A stretch of 63,940 nt of DNA, counting the filler, from an uncultured Methanosarcinales archaeon (GTDB taxonomy: Archaea; Nanobdellota; Nanobdellia; Woesearchaeales; JAGLXL01), in assembly GCA_964472345.1 (NCBI GenBank). It is 5 parts of 5 records of this genome, joined end to end, with 100 filler letters (N's around TTAATTAATTAA, not from the genome) between each part and the next. Parts side by side here need not be neighbours in the genome. Positions count along the whole stretch, not along the records: positions 1 to 14,046 come from CAYYLB010000031.1; 4 more parts are not named here. The stretch is one strand, 5' to 3'. Position numbers and translations under genes: made by a program. The notes under the pieces were generated by a model. That model saw nothing but the letters and a program-made list of their open reading frames with translations. It did not search any database and had not been told where the DNA came from. Of this stretch, positions 1 to 9,179 are shown piece after piece (position 1 is the stretch's first letter; every line of letters begins with the position of its first letter).

Positions 1-862
1 GTGAAGCGAAGACCCCGTGAAACTTTACTGTAGCTTGCTGCTGTGACGCGAGTTCTGGTGCCTAGCGTACGTGGGAGCCGTTATGCGCATGCTTCCGGGT
101 GTGCGATAGGCGACAATGTAACACCACGTACCAGGGTTTGCGTTGCTCACTTCCGCAAGGAAGGACACCAGTAGGCGGACAGTTTGGCTGGGGTGGCACC
201 CTGCTGAAAACATATCAGTAGGGCCCAAAGGTCGGCTCACCTCGGTCAGAAATCGAGGGTTGAGTGCAAAGGCAAAAGCCGGCCTGATTGGATTCCCCTT
301 AGAGCGGAATCCAAGGACGAAAGTCTGGCTTAGCGAACTCCTGTGTCCTCATTAATGGGGGCCAGGAATGACCGAAAAGTTACTCCGGGGATAACAGAGT
401 CGTCGCGCCCGAGAGTTCCCATCGACGGCGCGGTTTGCTACATCGATGTCGGCTCATCCTATCCTGGCCGTGCAGAAAAAGTACCGCAGAGAAATCTGTT
501 GTACAAGCTGTAGGCGGCCAAGGGTGGGGGTGTTCACCCATTAAAAGGGTTCGTGAGCTGGGTTCACAACGCTGTGAGGCAGTTGGTTTGATATCTATTG
601 GAGATGCGTGGTGTCTGAAAGGAAGGGTCCCTTAGTACGAGAGGAACGGGGGCTCGGCGCCTCTGGTCTACCGGTTGTCTGACAAGGCAGGCCGGGCAGC
701 TACGCGCTACGGGATAAATGCTGAAAGCATCTAAGCATGAAACCCCCCTTGAAAAGAGACACCGTAGGACACCGCAAGAAGAGCGGCTTGATAGAACCGA
801 TGTGTACGCACCAAGCTTCGGCGAGGTGTTCAGCATGCGGTCACTAACGTCCATCTTTCTGG
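1..862 (+). rRNA. 23S rRNA, 3' part (domains V-VI), archaeal type; 3' end approximate
   Basis: Conserved motifs GAAGACCCCGTG, GGGATAACAG, CATCGATGTCGGCTC, GAGCTGGGTT, sarcin-ricin loop AGTACGAGAGGAAC and GCTGAAAGCATCTAAG. No 5S gene follows. Confidence 0.97.
478..513 (+). other. Putative 36-nt BHB-like intron in 23S rRNA helix 91
   Basis: Extra sequence with a GAAA-capped hairpin. Removing it restores CCTGGCCGTGCAGAAGCGGCCAAGG. Confidence 0.65.
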
Positions 863-984
863 CCTTTCTGCCTGCGCGGTTTTCATTTTTTTTCTTGGTT
901 TTACTCAGGCACAGACTGCCTAACTGCGTTGCGTAAGCGATACTTATCAGAAAAGTATAAAACCCACCTCACGCACCCCCACCT

Positions 985-1539
985 ATGAACGTTGATTGCT
1001 CAAACTGAGTACATACTCCGCAGCTTGCTGCGATTTATAGTTACTCAGTTTGAGGCTTAAAAATCCCCACAGCTTGCTGTGGCTGGGATTTTTAATACAA
1101 GAAGCTTGAAATTTGGCATCTTGCGTATCACTTTGTCATGGACATCTATAAAGCCGTAGAAAAATTTCCGAAATTCGAAGAGAATAATATCACTTCTCAG
1201 CTGCGCCGTGCGGCAACGTGCCTGCCTCTGAATATCGCAGAGGGAAGTGGGGCACGCTCACCGCGGATTTTCCTCAACTATCTTATATTTGCGTACCGAT
1301 CCGTGCGGGAAACAGAAACGCTGCTGATGCTCAGCCGGGACCTCAACTACCTTCCCCAAACGAGGTATGAGGAACTGAATGGGAAGCTTGAGCTTTTTGC
1401 CAAGAAGCTTTATCGCTTTATGGATTACCTGGAGAACGACGTCATCAAAACAAAAAGAAAACGGGATCTCACCTTTTTCTTCCGCCAGCAGAAGGATGCA
1501 CTGATCGGGAAGCGGGAGGAGATGGACCGGTTGGCCTGA
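985..1539 (+). pseudogene. Four-helix-bundle protein (23S rRNA IVS-protein family) interrupted near its start by a twin-hairpin insert
   Basis: TATA-like AAAAGTATAAAA about 25 nt before ATG985. In-frame YKKLEIWHLAY...FPKFE...SQLRRAA...NIAEG resumes at 1096. The insert carries in-frame stops. Confidence 0.8.
997..1095. repeat. Twin-hairpin palindromic insertion
   Basis: 13-bp IR 999-1011/1042-1054 and 11-bp IR 1057-1067/1085-1095, each enclosing a CAGCTTGCTG palindrome. Confidence 0.85.
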
Positions 1540-1636
1540 GTTGGTTTGTGGAGAGAGTGCCGGCGCGGCTGCCTGCGCGGTTTTCATTTTTTCTTTTTGC
1601 GCCCGCTCCCGCCAGCGGCTTTTGACAAACAGCTTC

Positions 1637-3355
1637 TCAGGCAGGCTCATCGCCGCCATGCCCCAGCTCCTTTGCCATGTACGCCCCTTCCTTCCGGTAG
1701 CCGAGCCTGCGGTAATATTCCCGTGCCCCGACGCCGGAGATGACCAGCATCCTGCGCTTGCCGTGCTCCCGCGCGATCTCTTCCGCCTTTGCCATGAGCT
1801 GCTTTCCCAGGCCGCGGTGCTGGGCTGCGTTTTGCGTACTCTCTTCGCCGATGGCGGTAGCCGTCCCATAGACATGCAGCTCGCGGACGAGCGCCGTTTT
1901 CTCCGTGATCTCCGGCCGCAGCTGCTGCGAGGGAAAGCGAAGCCTGCAGAAGCCGAGGATAAGATCATTTTTTGCGTCGTCAGCGGAAATGAAGAATTCC
2001 TGCCCCCCGCCGGCTTCGTAGGAGAGGACATTCATCTTTATTGCGCTGAAATCGACAGCCTTTCCCATCGGCTCGCGGCAGCGGATGCACCGGCATGCGG
2101 GCTTGTAGCGCTCGTGGATGTACTGCCGGAGATTGGTGAACTCCACGCCGGACGCCCACATTTTTGTCGGCACGTCGCGCTGGATGCGCTGGACGCGGCA
2201 GTAGCGCGGGACAAACTGTTTCATGGCCACGATGCGCTGCGCTGCCTGGTCTGCGGTGAGCGGCGTGAACCTGCCTTGCTTCCATTCGTGGTAGAGCGCG
2301 GTGCCGGGAGCGACCATGCAGGGGTAGATCTTGAGCATGTCCGGCCGGTAGTCATGGCTGTCAAAGAGCTCCCTGAAGCCTGCGAGGTCGCGCTGCTCAC
2401 CGGTCAGCGGCAGGCCGGGCATGTAATGCGCGCTGATCTTGAAGCCGAGGTCGCGGAGGGTGCGGAAGCTTTTCTTTGTATCGCTGCTGTCATGGCCGCG
2501 GTGCGTGTGCTTCAGGACATCGTCGTAGACGCTCTGCACGCCGATCTCGACGCGCGTGCAGCCCTGCGCGAGCATGCGGTTGCCGTGCTCCAAAAAGCCC
2601 CAGTCCGGCTTGCTCTCGATGCACAGCGCGACGCAGCGGATCCTTGCGGTTTCGTTTCTTGTTTTTTCTTGTTCTAATGTCATTTGTTTTTTTTGTTTTA
2701 TTTGAAGGAGTTTTTCGTGGATGTGTTCTGTCCGTTCTTTGCTGCCCACTTCACCGGGAAGCTCAAAGAACTCTTTAAAAAAGTCAAAATCAAAATCACC
2801 ATCCGGATAAAACATCTCGGAGAAATCATTCATCGCCTTGAATGCGTCCCTGATAAAATCATTCTGGTAGCTTTCCGGAAGCGCAGGGAACGTGCCGCCC
2901 ATGACAATAAGCTCTATCTTATCGCAGTTGTGCCCGAGGATGATGTATTGCTCAAGGCGATTGAAGACCTGCAGGTAGCTGTCGTAATTGTTGCGAATGG
3001 CGCGCATGGTGGTGGGCTCGTGTCCTGTATAACTCTGGGGCACGCTGCCATAATAGCTATTAGGGCCGCCTGGGCAGAAGGTGCAACGGCCGTGACTGCA
3101 CGGGAAAGGTGCCGCCATTATTGCTACTGGTGCTACACCAGAATTAGTGCGTATTGGCTTAGTTTGTAACTTTGTTTTGTAAATAGACATTTCACCTTTG
3201 GGCACATTCAGAAGTAATTCGATATTTGTTGGTACTTGTTTTATTTTATAATTTATTGTTGCGTTTCGCTTTATTTTGTCAAGGGCTTTAGGTGTGAGTT
3301 TGTCTCTTTTATTTATCTCTTGCAAGATAATTTTTATAGCTTCTTCTCTTGTCAT
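1637..3355 (-). CDS. elp3: Elp3, tRNA uridine(34) acetyltransferase (radical SAM + KAT)
   Basis: CSHGRCTFCPGG, MGGTF, EIGVQS, LKIYP, VRELHVYG and QHRGLG motifs. Confidence 0.95.
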   Translation of the reverse strand: MTREEAIKIILQEINKRDKLTPKALDKIKRNATINYKIKQVPTNIELLLNVPKGEMSIYKTKLQTKPIRTNSGVAPVAIMAAPFPCSHGRCTFCPGGPNSYYGSVPQSYTGHEPTTMRAIRNNYDSYLQVFNRLEQYIILGHNCDKIELIVMGGTFPALPESYQNDFIRDAFKAMNDFSEMFYPDGDFDFDFFKEFFELPGEVGSKERTEHIHEKLLQIKQKKQMTLEQEKTRNETARIRCVALCIESKPDWGFLEHGNRMLAQGCTRVEIGVQSVYDDVLKHTHRGHDSSDTKKSFRTLRDLGFKISAHYMPGLPLTGEQRDLAGFRELFDSHDYRPDMLKIYPCMVAPGTALYHEWKQGRFTPLTADQAAQRIVAMKQFVPRYCRVQRIQRDVPTKMWASGVEFTNLRQYIHERYKPACRCIRCREPMGKAVDFSAIKMNVLSYEAGGGQEFFISADDAKNDLILGFCRLRFPSQQLRPEITEKTALVRELHVYGTATAIGEESTQNAAQHRGLGKQLMAKAEEIAREHGKRRMLVISGVGAREYYRRLGYRKEGAYMAKELGHGGDEPA

Positions 3356-4152
3356 CGTTGATTTATTACCTCTTTAATTCTTTTGGCTATGTCTTTTGCC
3401 CAGCTTTCCTGGAATTCTGTGAACAGTATATTACAGTTCAGCTCACGGCATTCTGGAAGAAGCTCTTTAATATGCTCATAGTCTGCCCATCTCTTATCAA
3501 GTACCACAAAACCATATAAGTCACTTTTGTTTTCAGCTTTTTTTCTAACACATGCTCTGTAAGTATCAAATATATGAGCGCGAATGTTCCCGCCGATCGG
3601 TTGGTGTCTAAAATTAGGTGTCCTGCTCTTCTGAGACGGCGCCAACCTTGTTATTTCTACAGTCATTTCTGAATCTTTATACTTACCAAAAATATCAAAT
3701 TTCGAAGTGTAGGGGGTCATAATCCTATCGGGGAGTTCTACTCCGAGATTTTTAATTTCCTTGGCGAGTTCTCCGGCATCCTCATCTGGATAGAGATCAA
3801 ATAGTGATAGGCCAAACTCCTGCGGTTTTAATATAACAAGCGTCATAAAGCTTTTTCTAGAATTGCTGGTGATTAGATTATTTTCGTTAGCTGTTAAAAT
3901 ACTTCTGCCAGAAATGCAAACGGCCAATTCGCGGGATCGCGGCTTTAGAATATTGCCACCTAAGTTTTTTGTTATCCTAAACAGTTTACCTTCTCGTAAT
4001 ATGATTACCCTTGTTTCTTTTTCACGTAGAAAATCAGCAAGCCTTCTTGAGTTTATCATTAGGTAGAATGTTTTGTTGCTCGGTCTGTACCTCACATACC
4101 CTGATAAAAGAGCTTGTTGCTCCATATTCTTGTTTATAACATGTTCATTCAT
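3352..4152 (-). CDS. AT-rich hypothetical protein with a probable C-terminal PD-(D/E)xK nuclease-like domain
   Basis: FDIFGKY...TVEIT pattern. SD-like AAGGTGA upstream. Stop codon overlaps the elp3 start (ATGA). Confidence 0.6.
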   Translation of the reverse strand: MNEHVINKNMEQQALLSGYVRYRPSNKTFYLMINSRRLADFLREKETRVIILREGKLFRITKNLGGNILKPRSRELAVCISGRSILTANENNLITSNSRKSFMTLVILKPQEFGLSLFDLYPDEDAGELAKEIKNLGVELPDRIMTPYTSKFDIFGKYKDSEMTVEITRLAPSQKSRTPNFRHQPIGGNIRAHIFDTYRACVRKKAENKSDLYGFVVLDKRWADYEHIKELLPECRELNCNILFTEFQESWAKDIAKRIKEVINQR

Positions 4153-4294
4153 ACTCAATCACCTTCTCAACCATCTTGGAAGGTGATTGAGTACGAATAT
4201 GCTGTGAGGTACAACACTTGAGCTTGAGGAGCTGGCGCTGGCCGGGATTGCTGGCCTTGATTTCTTCGATGAGGGTGGTGTAGGGGGGACACAT
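4145..4294 (-). other. Short leader ORF: GC-rich 26-codon putative original elp3 5' stub fused to a foreign tail
   Basis: CTTATAAA box about 25 nt upstream of ATG4294. MCPPYTTLIEEIKASNPGQRQLLKLK parallels Elp3 IILQEINKRDKLTPKALDKIK. Confidence 0.5.
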
Positions 4295-4417
4295 GCTCGT
4301 GCGGGAAGCGTTTTGGTTTATAAGGGTTGGTATATTCAATCAGAAGTCGGCTAATTTTTGGATGGGGCAGTTTTCCTTTCGTAACATTTATGAACTTCTA
4401 TAATCACACAATTAGAT

Positions 4418-5167
4418 ATGGGGAAAATTGTTATAATCGGTGGAGGAGAAATTGGCGATTATGAAACTCTTCCTTTTGACAAAAGAATAGTTGAACTTAC
4501 AGGAAAGAAACATCCCAGAGCATTATTTATTCCAACCGCTAGTGGCGAACCAGATGGATATATTAAAACATTCAATAAAGTTTATGGCAAAAAATTGGGT
4601 TGTAAAACAGATGTTCTTTATTTACTCAAAACAAAACCAACAAAAGAAGAACTCAGACGAAAAATTCTTTCTTCAGATTTAATTTATGTTGGTGGTGGCA
4701 ACACATCAAAAATGATGATGAGATGGCGCTTTCTTGGAGTTGATAAAATTTTAAAAGAGGCATACAAACAGGGAATTATTCTGTCTGGCATAAGTGCCGG
4801 TGGAATTTGTTGGTTTGAGGCAGGCCATAGCGATTCTATGAGTTTTTATCATCCTAACAATTGGGATTATATTAAAGTAAGAGGTCTGGGTTTACTTAGG
4901 GGCATTCATTGCCCGCATTTTAATGGTCAAACAAGAGGAATAAAAAGAAGAAAGAATTTTTCTAATTTTATGAAAAAATATTCGGTGGTTGGAATAGCGA
5001 TAGATAATCATTGTGCTATTGAATTTGTTGATGGGAAATATAAAATTCTCACTGCAAAAAAAGACAGAAAAGCATACAGAGTATTCAAAAAAAGAAATAA
5101 AATCATGATTGAAGAAATACTGAAAAAGGACAATTATATGCTAATTTCTTTACTATATAAAAAATAG
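4418..5167 (+). CDS. Peptidase S51 family (peptidase E / cyanophycinase-like), AT-rich
   Basis: IIGGG, FIPTAS, IYVGGGNT, GISAG nucleophile elbow, CPHF. Confidence 0.9.
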   Translation: MGKIVIIGGGEIGDYETLPFDKRIVELTGKKHPRALFIPTASGEPDGYIKTFNKVYGKKLGCKTDVLYLLKTKPTKEELRRKILSSDLIYVGGGNTSKMMMRWRFLGVDKILKEAYKQGIILSGISAGGICWFEAGHSDSMSFYHPNNWDYIKVRGLGLLRGIHCPHFNGQTRGIKRRKNFSNFMKKYSVVGIAIDNHCAIEFVDGKYKILTAKKDRKAYRVFKKRNKIMIEEILKKDNYMLISLLYKK

Positions 5168-5356
5168 GAAAACTGCCCCTCGACGTAATCATCTGATTGG
5201 ACTTCGTCCTTGATACACCGACTTCTGACTTTGATTTTTTCCTCCGCTTCGCTACGGAACGTTGCACTAAAAATCAATCCCTGATGGGAGAATATAACCG
5301 CGATCGCATTAGTTCCCGAAAAAGAAAAAGAGGTATGCCTTTCCTTTTTCACGGCG

Positions 5357-6331
5357 TCAGAAGCTGAGGACGACCTCCACGATGAGATAGGCGCAGTAGA
5401 GCCCGATGGTGAGCAGCCCTTGCTTCCAGGTCACCCAGCCCCGCCCCATGAAGAAAAGGACGAGCCCCAGCGCAAGTGCGAGCACCGCTGCGCTCAGCGC
5501 GATGACGCTGAAATCGATGGCGAGCGGCACCACGAGCGCGAGGACGCCGAGGAAGAGCAGCTGCTTGGCGAGCGTGCTGCCGAGAAGGTCGCCCATGCCG
5601 ACGTCCTTGTGCCCCTGAAGCTCGGAGCGGATGATGACGATGAGATCAGGCACCTGCGCGCCGATGCCGAGAATGACGGCTGAGACAATGAATGTCGAGA
5701 TGCCGATCTGCTGCGACAGTTGCGTGACGCCGAATATCAGCCAGCGTGCACTGAGCAGCAGCGCGCCGAGCGCAAGGATGAAGATCAGGCCGTCCTTCCA
5801 GATCGACTCGAGCCGGACGCGGCGGCGGAGGCTGCCCGACTTCTCCTCATTTTTCCAGAGGAAGATAAGGTACGCGGCGTAGGCAGCGACGAGCAGGCCG
5901 CCGTCAATGCGCGAAAGCCGGCCATCGATGACCAGTGCCAGGGGCAGCAGCGTGATGATGAAGACCAGCAGGCGGACGTTCTCGAAGAGCTTGCTGCGGA
6001 TATCCAGCTTCTTCCCGATGAGCGCCATGATGCCGAGCACGAGCGTCAGGCCGCCGATGTTCGAGCCAAGGATGGTGCCGAAGACGATCTCGTGGTCGCC
6101 CAGCGAAGCGCCGGTGATGGCAGAGACCAGCTCCGGGAACGATGCGACGATGGCGATGACCACCAGCCCGGTGATGTAGTCGCTCAGCCCGATGCGCCGG
6201 GCGTAGCGCGTGACGCCATAGAGGAGCATGTCGGAGCTCTTGATCAGCAGCGCAAGGCTCGCAATAATCACAATGGAGAGGAACGCCTTGGGATGGCCTG
6301 CGGCAAGCCCCTGGATCAGCTGGAGCACCAT
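5357..6331 (-). CDS. Na+/Ca2+ exchanger (CaCA, YrbG-like)
   Basis: Two alpha repeats (ASFPEL...GTILGSNI; AQVPDL...GDLLGS), multiple TM helices. Confidence 0.88.
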   Translation of the reverse strand: MVLQLIQGLAAGHPKAFLSIVIIASLALLIKSSDMLLYGVTRYARRIGLSDYITGLVVIAIVASFPELVSAITGASLGDHEIVFGTILGSNIGGLTLVLGIMALIGKKLDIRSKLFENVRLLVFIITLLPLALVIDGRLSRIDGGLLVAAYAAYLIFLWKNEEKSGSLRRRVRLESIWKDGLIFILALGALLLSARWLIFGVTQLSQQIGISTFIVSAVILGIGAQVPDLIVIIRSELQGHKDVGMGDLLGSTLAKQLLFLGVLALVVPLAIDFSVIALSAAVLALALGLVLFFMGRGWVTWKQGLLTIGLYCAYLIVEVVLSF

Positions 6332-8995
6332 CTACGCCTCCGTGCGCCGCGAGCGCAGGTATTTCGCAAGCTCGAGGTAGAAGAACCCGCTGCTTGCGAC
6401 GATTGCGACGAGCAGGAATTCCGCTCCGCTGAGCGCATGCGTCTGGAAGATTGCGCGGAGCGCAGGGATGGTGATGATGGCGACGCAGATGGCAAGCGAG
6501 AGCAGCACGGCGAGGATCAGGGAGAAGTTCCTGAAGAGCCCGACCCGCAGCGCCGGAAAGCGTGTTGAGCGCGAGGCAAACGCCTGAAAGAGCTCGAAGA
6601 GCGCGAGCGAAAGGAATGCGACAGTCTGCGCATGCGCGAGGTTGCCGCTCTGCCGGTAGGTGTAGGTGAACAAGGCGAGCGTTGCAACAATGAGGATGAC
6701 CGGGTACCAGATGATGAACGGCTCCAGGCCGGCGGTGATAGGCTCTTTCTGCTCGCGCGGCTTGCGCGTCATGGCTCCCGGCTCGAATGGATCGACGCCC
6801 AGGGCAAGCGCGGGGAGCATGTCGGTGACAAGGTTGATCATGAGGATCATGCTTGCGCTCAGGGGCAATGGCAGTCCGATCAGCATCGCGCCGAAGATGA
6901 CGCCGATCTCGCCAAGGTTGCCGGAAATGAGGAACGCGAAGAACTTCTTGATGTTGTCGTAGACGCCGCGGCCTTCTTCGACCGCGTCGACAATGGAGGT
7001 GAAGTTGTCATCGGTGAGGACCATGTCGCTCGCTTCCCTGCTGATATCGGTGCCCGTCACGCCCATGGCGACGCCGATGTCCGCTTTCTTCAGCGCGGGC
7101 GCGTCGTTCACCCCGTCGCCAGTCATCGCCACGGTGAGGCCGCGCGCCTGCAGCGCATCAATGATCGTGAGCTTGTGCTCCGGGTCCACGCGGGCGAAGA
7201 TGCCTATCTGGCCTATCCGTGAGCGGAGCTCTTCCGCTGAGAGCTTCTCGAGCTCCTGGCCCGTGATGGCCGTTCCCTCAATGCCGATCTCGCGCGCAAC
7301 GGCAAGCGCCGTCGTCTGGTGGTCGCCGGTGATCATGAGCACCCTGATTCCTGCGCTCTTGCATTTTGCGATGGAGTCTTTCACCTCGGGGCGCGGCGGG
7401 TCGATCATGGCCTGCAGGCCGATGAAGATCATCTCGTTCTCGAGCTCCGCGGTGCGCAGTGCTCCCTGGCCAGCCTCAGCGTACGCGAACGCGATCACGC
7501 GCAGCGCCTCGCGGGCGAACTGCTCGTTTGCCTGCAGGATCTGCTGCTTCCGCTCGCGCGTCAGGCGCTCCGCGCGGCCGTGCAGCAGGATGCGGTCGCA
7601 GCGCTCGAGCAGCACATCGGGCGCGCCTTTGCTGAAGGCGACGCGCTGGCTCCGGGTCTCGTGGAGCGTCGTCATGCGCTTGCGCTCGGAAGTGAACTCA
7701 AGCTCATCGATCCGGGGGTACTGGGCGCTGAGCTGATCATGGGAGAGGCCGGCTTTCCCTGCGCTGACGAGCAGCGCGCCCTCGGTCGGGTCGCCGATGA
7801 CGCTGCGCTGGCCGTTTTCCTCATGGATGCGCGCGTCGTTGCACAGCATGCCGATCTTCAGCAGCAGCTGCAGCGAAGGGTGCTTCTGCGTGTCGAGCTC
7901 CCTGCCACCCTGCGAAAAGACGCCCGTAGGGCTGTAGCCTGAGCCGCTCACATCGATGATCATGCCATCAACGAGGACCCTGCGGACAGTCATCTCGTTG
8001 TGCGTCAGGGTGCCGGTCTTGTCGGTGCAGATGACGGAGACGCTGCCGAGGGTTTCCGCGCTTGCGAGATTGCGCAGCAGGGCGTGGCGCTTGATCATCC
8101 GCTGCGTGCCGACGGCGAGCGCAATCGTAACGACAGCAGGCAGTCCTTCGGGAACCGCAGCGACCGCGAGGGAGACTGCGACGAGGAACATCATCAGCAG
8201 GGGCTCGCCGCGCAGCGCCCCCAGGCTGAAGGTGAGGATAATGATGATCACGGCGGCGGCGCTCATCCATTTGGCGAGCTGCGCGAAGCGCTTCTGCAAA
8301 GGCGTAGGCTCCTGCACCTCTTTCTGCAGCCCTCCAATCCTGCCGAATTCGGTCGCCATGCCTGTTGCGGTGACGACCGCTTTTGCACGGCCGCGCGTGA
8401 TGATCGTGCCGGCGTAGAGCATGCTTGCCCGGTCAGCGAGCGCCGCGCTCTGGGGAGCTGCCTTGCTGTCCTTGCCCACGGGCGTGCTCTCTCCGGTCAG
8501 CACGGCTTCCTGGGTCTGCAGGTGGTGCGCTTCGATGAGCCGCGCGTCCGCTGCGGCCTTGTCGCCGGTTTCGAGGGCGAGGATGTCGCCAGGGACGACG
8601 TTGCGGCTTTCAATCTCGATGAGCTGCCCATTGCGGAGGACAGCCGAATGCGACGCGGTGAGGCGCTTCAATGCGGCGATGGCGCGCTCGGCCTTGTACT
8701 CCTGGATAAAGCCAAGGATCGCATTGATGATGATAATGGCTGCGATGACCAGTGCGTCGACGGCTTCGCGCAGGAACGCGGAGATGAGCACCGCAGCAAT
8801 CAGGATCCAGATCAGGGGACTGTTGAACTGCCGGAGAAAGAGCCTTGCTGCCGGAACCGGCTTTTCCTCACGGAGCTCGTTCACGCCGTACTGGTGCAGG
8901 CGATGCTCCGCTTCCTCGCTGCTCAGGCCTTGATGGGGAGAAACATTGAGCTGCGCAAGGACTTCCGCTGCCTCACGGGCGTATGCGTCATTCAT
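6332..8995 (-). CDS. P-type IIA (Ca2+-transporting) ATPase; start could be 9019
   Basis: TGES, PEGL, DKTGTLT, KGAP, DPPR and TGDGVNDAP motifs. Confidence 0.95.
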   Translation of the reverse strand: MNDAYAREAAEVLAQLNVSPHQGLSSEEAEHRLHQYGVNELREEKPVPAARLFLRQFNSPLIWILIAAVLISAFLREAVDALVIAAIIIINAILGFIQEYKAERAIAALKRLTASHSAVLRNGQLIEIESRNVVPGDILALETGDKAAADARLIEAHHLQTQEAVLTGESTPVGKDSKAAPQSAALADRASMLYAGTIITRGRAKAVVTATGMATEFGRIGGLQKEVQEPTPLQKRFAQLAKWMSAAAVIIIILTFSLGALRGEPLLMMFLVAVSLAVAAVPEGLPAVVTIALAVGTQRMIKRHALLRNLASAETLGSVSVICTDKTGTLTHNEMTVRRVLVDGMIIDVSGSGYSPTGVFSQGGRELDTQKHPSLQLLLKIGMLCNDARIHEENGQRSVIGDPTEGALLVSAGKAGLSHDQLSAQYPRIDELEFTSERKRMTTLHETRSQRVAFSKGAPDVLLERCDRILLHGRAERLTRERKQQILQANEQFAREALRVIAFAYAEAGQGALRTAELENEMIFIGLQAMIDPPRPEVKDSIAKCKSAGIRVLMITGDHQTTALAVAREIGIEGTAITGQELEKLSAEELRSRIGQIGIFARVDPEHKLTIIDALQARGLTVAMTGDGVNDAPALKKADIGVAMGVTGTDISREASDMVLTDDNFTSIVDAVEEGRGVYDNIKKFFAFLISGNLGEIGVIFGAMLIGLPLPLSASMILMINLVTDMLPALALGVDPFEPGAMTRKPREQKEPITAGLEPFIIWYPVILIVATLALFTYTYRQSGNLAHAQTVAFLSLALFELFQAFASRSTRFPALRVGLFRNFSLILAVLLSLAICVAIITIPALRAIFQTHALSGAEFLLVAIVASSGFFYLELAKYLRSRRTEA

Positions 8996-9179
8996 CGGTA
9001 CCTGCTTCCCTTCCCGCAAGATTGAGGAGAAGGCTCTCTCTGCAGAGCTCAGCCGTCATATTTATAATCTTCGCTTGGGCGGCTTAGCAGAAAAGTGGCC
9101 GTCACACACCCATTACTTATCAGATAGTGATACCATACCACACTTTTTATAAACCTGAGCATCGCTTCGGTGCGTGCCT

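Noticed and set aside
25..936. Short ORFs in the first kilobase
   Set aside because: They overlap the 23S rRNA and its trailer.
991..1100. BHB mRNA-intron interpretation of the twin-hairpin inserts
   Set aside because: The only good 4-bp central helix (TTGA/TTAA) would remove 100 nt and shift the frame, and the PLD insert shows no BHB.
1096..1539. Four-helix-bundle gene as DGR Avd or as an rRNA intervening-sequence ORF
   Set aside because: It lies outside the rRNA, and no reverse transcriptase or TR/VR pair is visible in the window.
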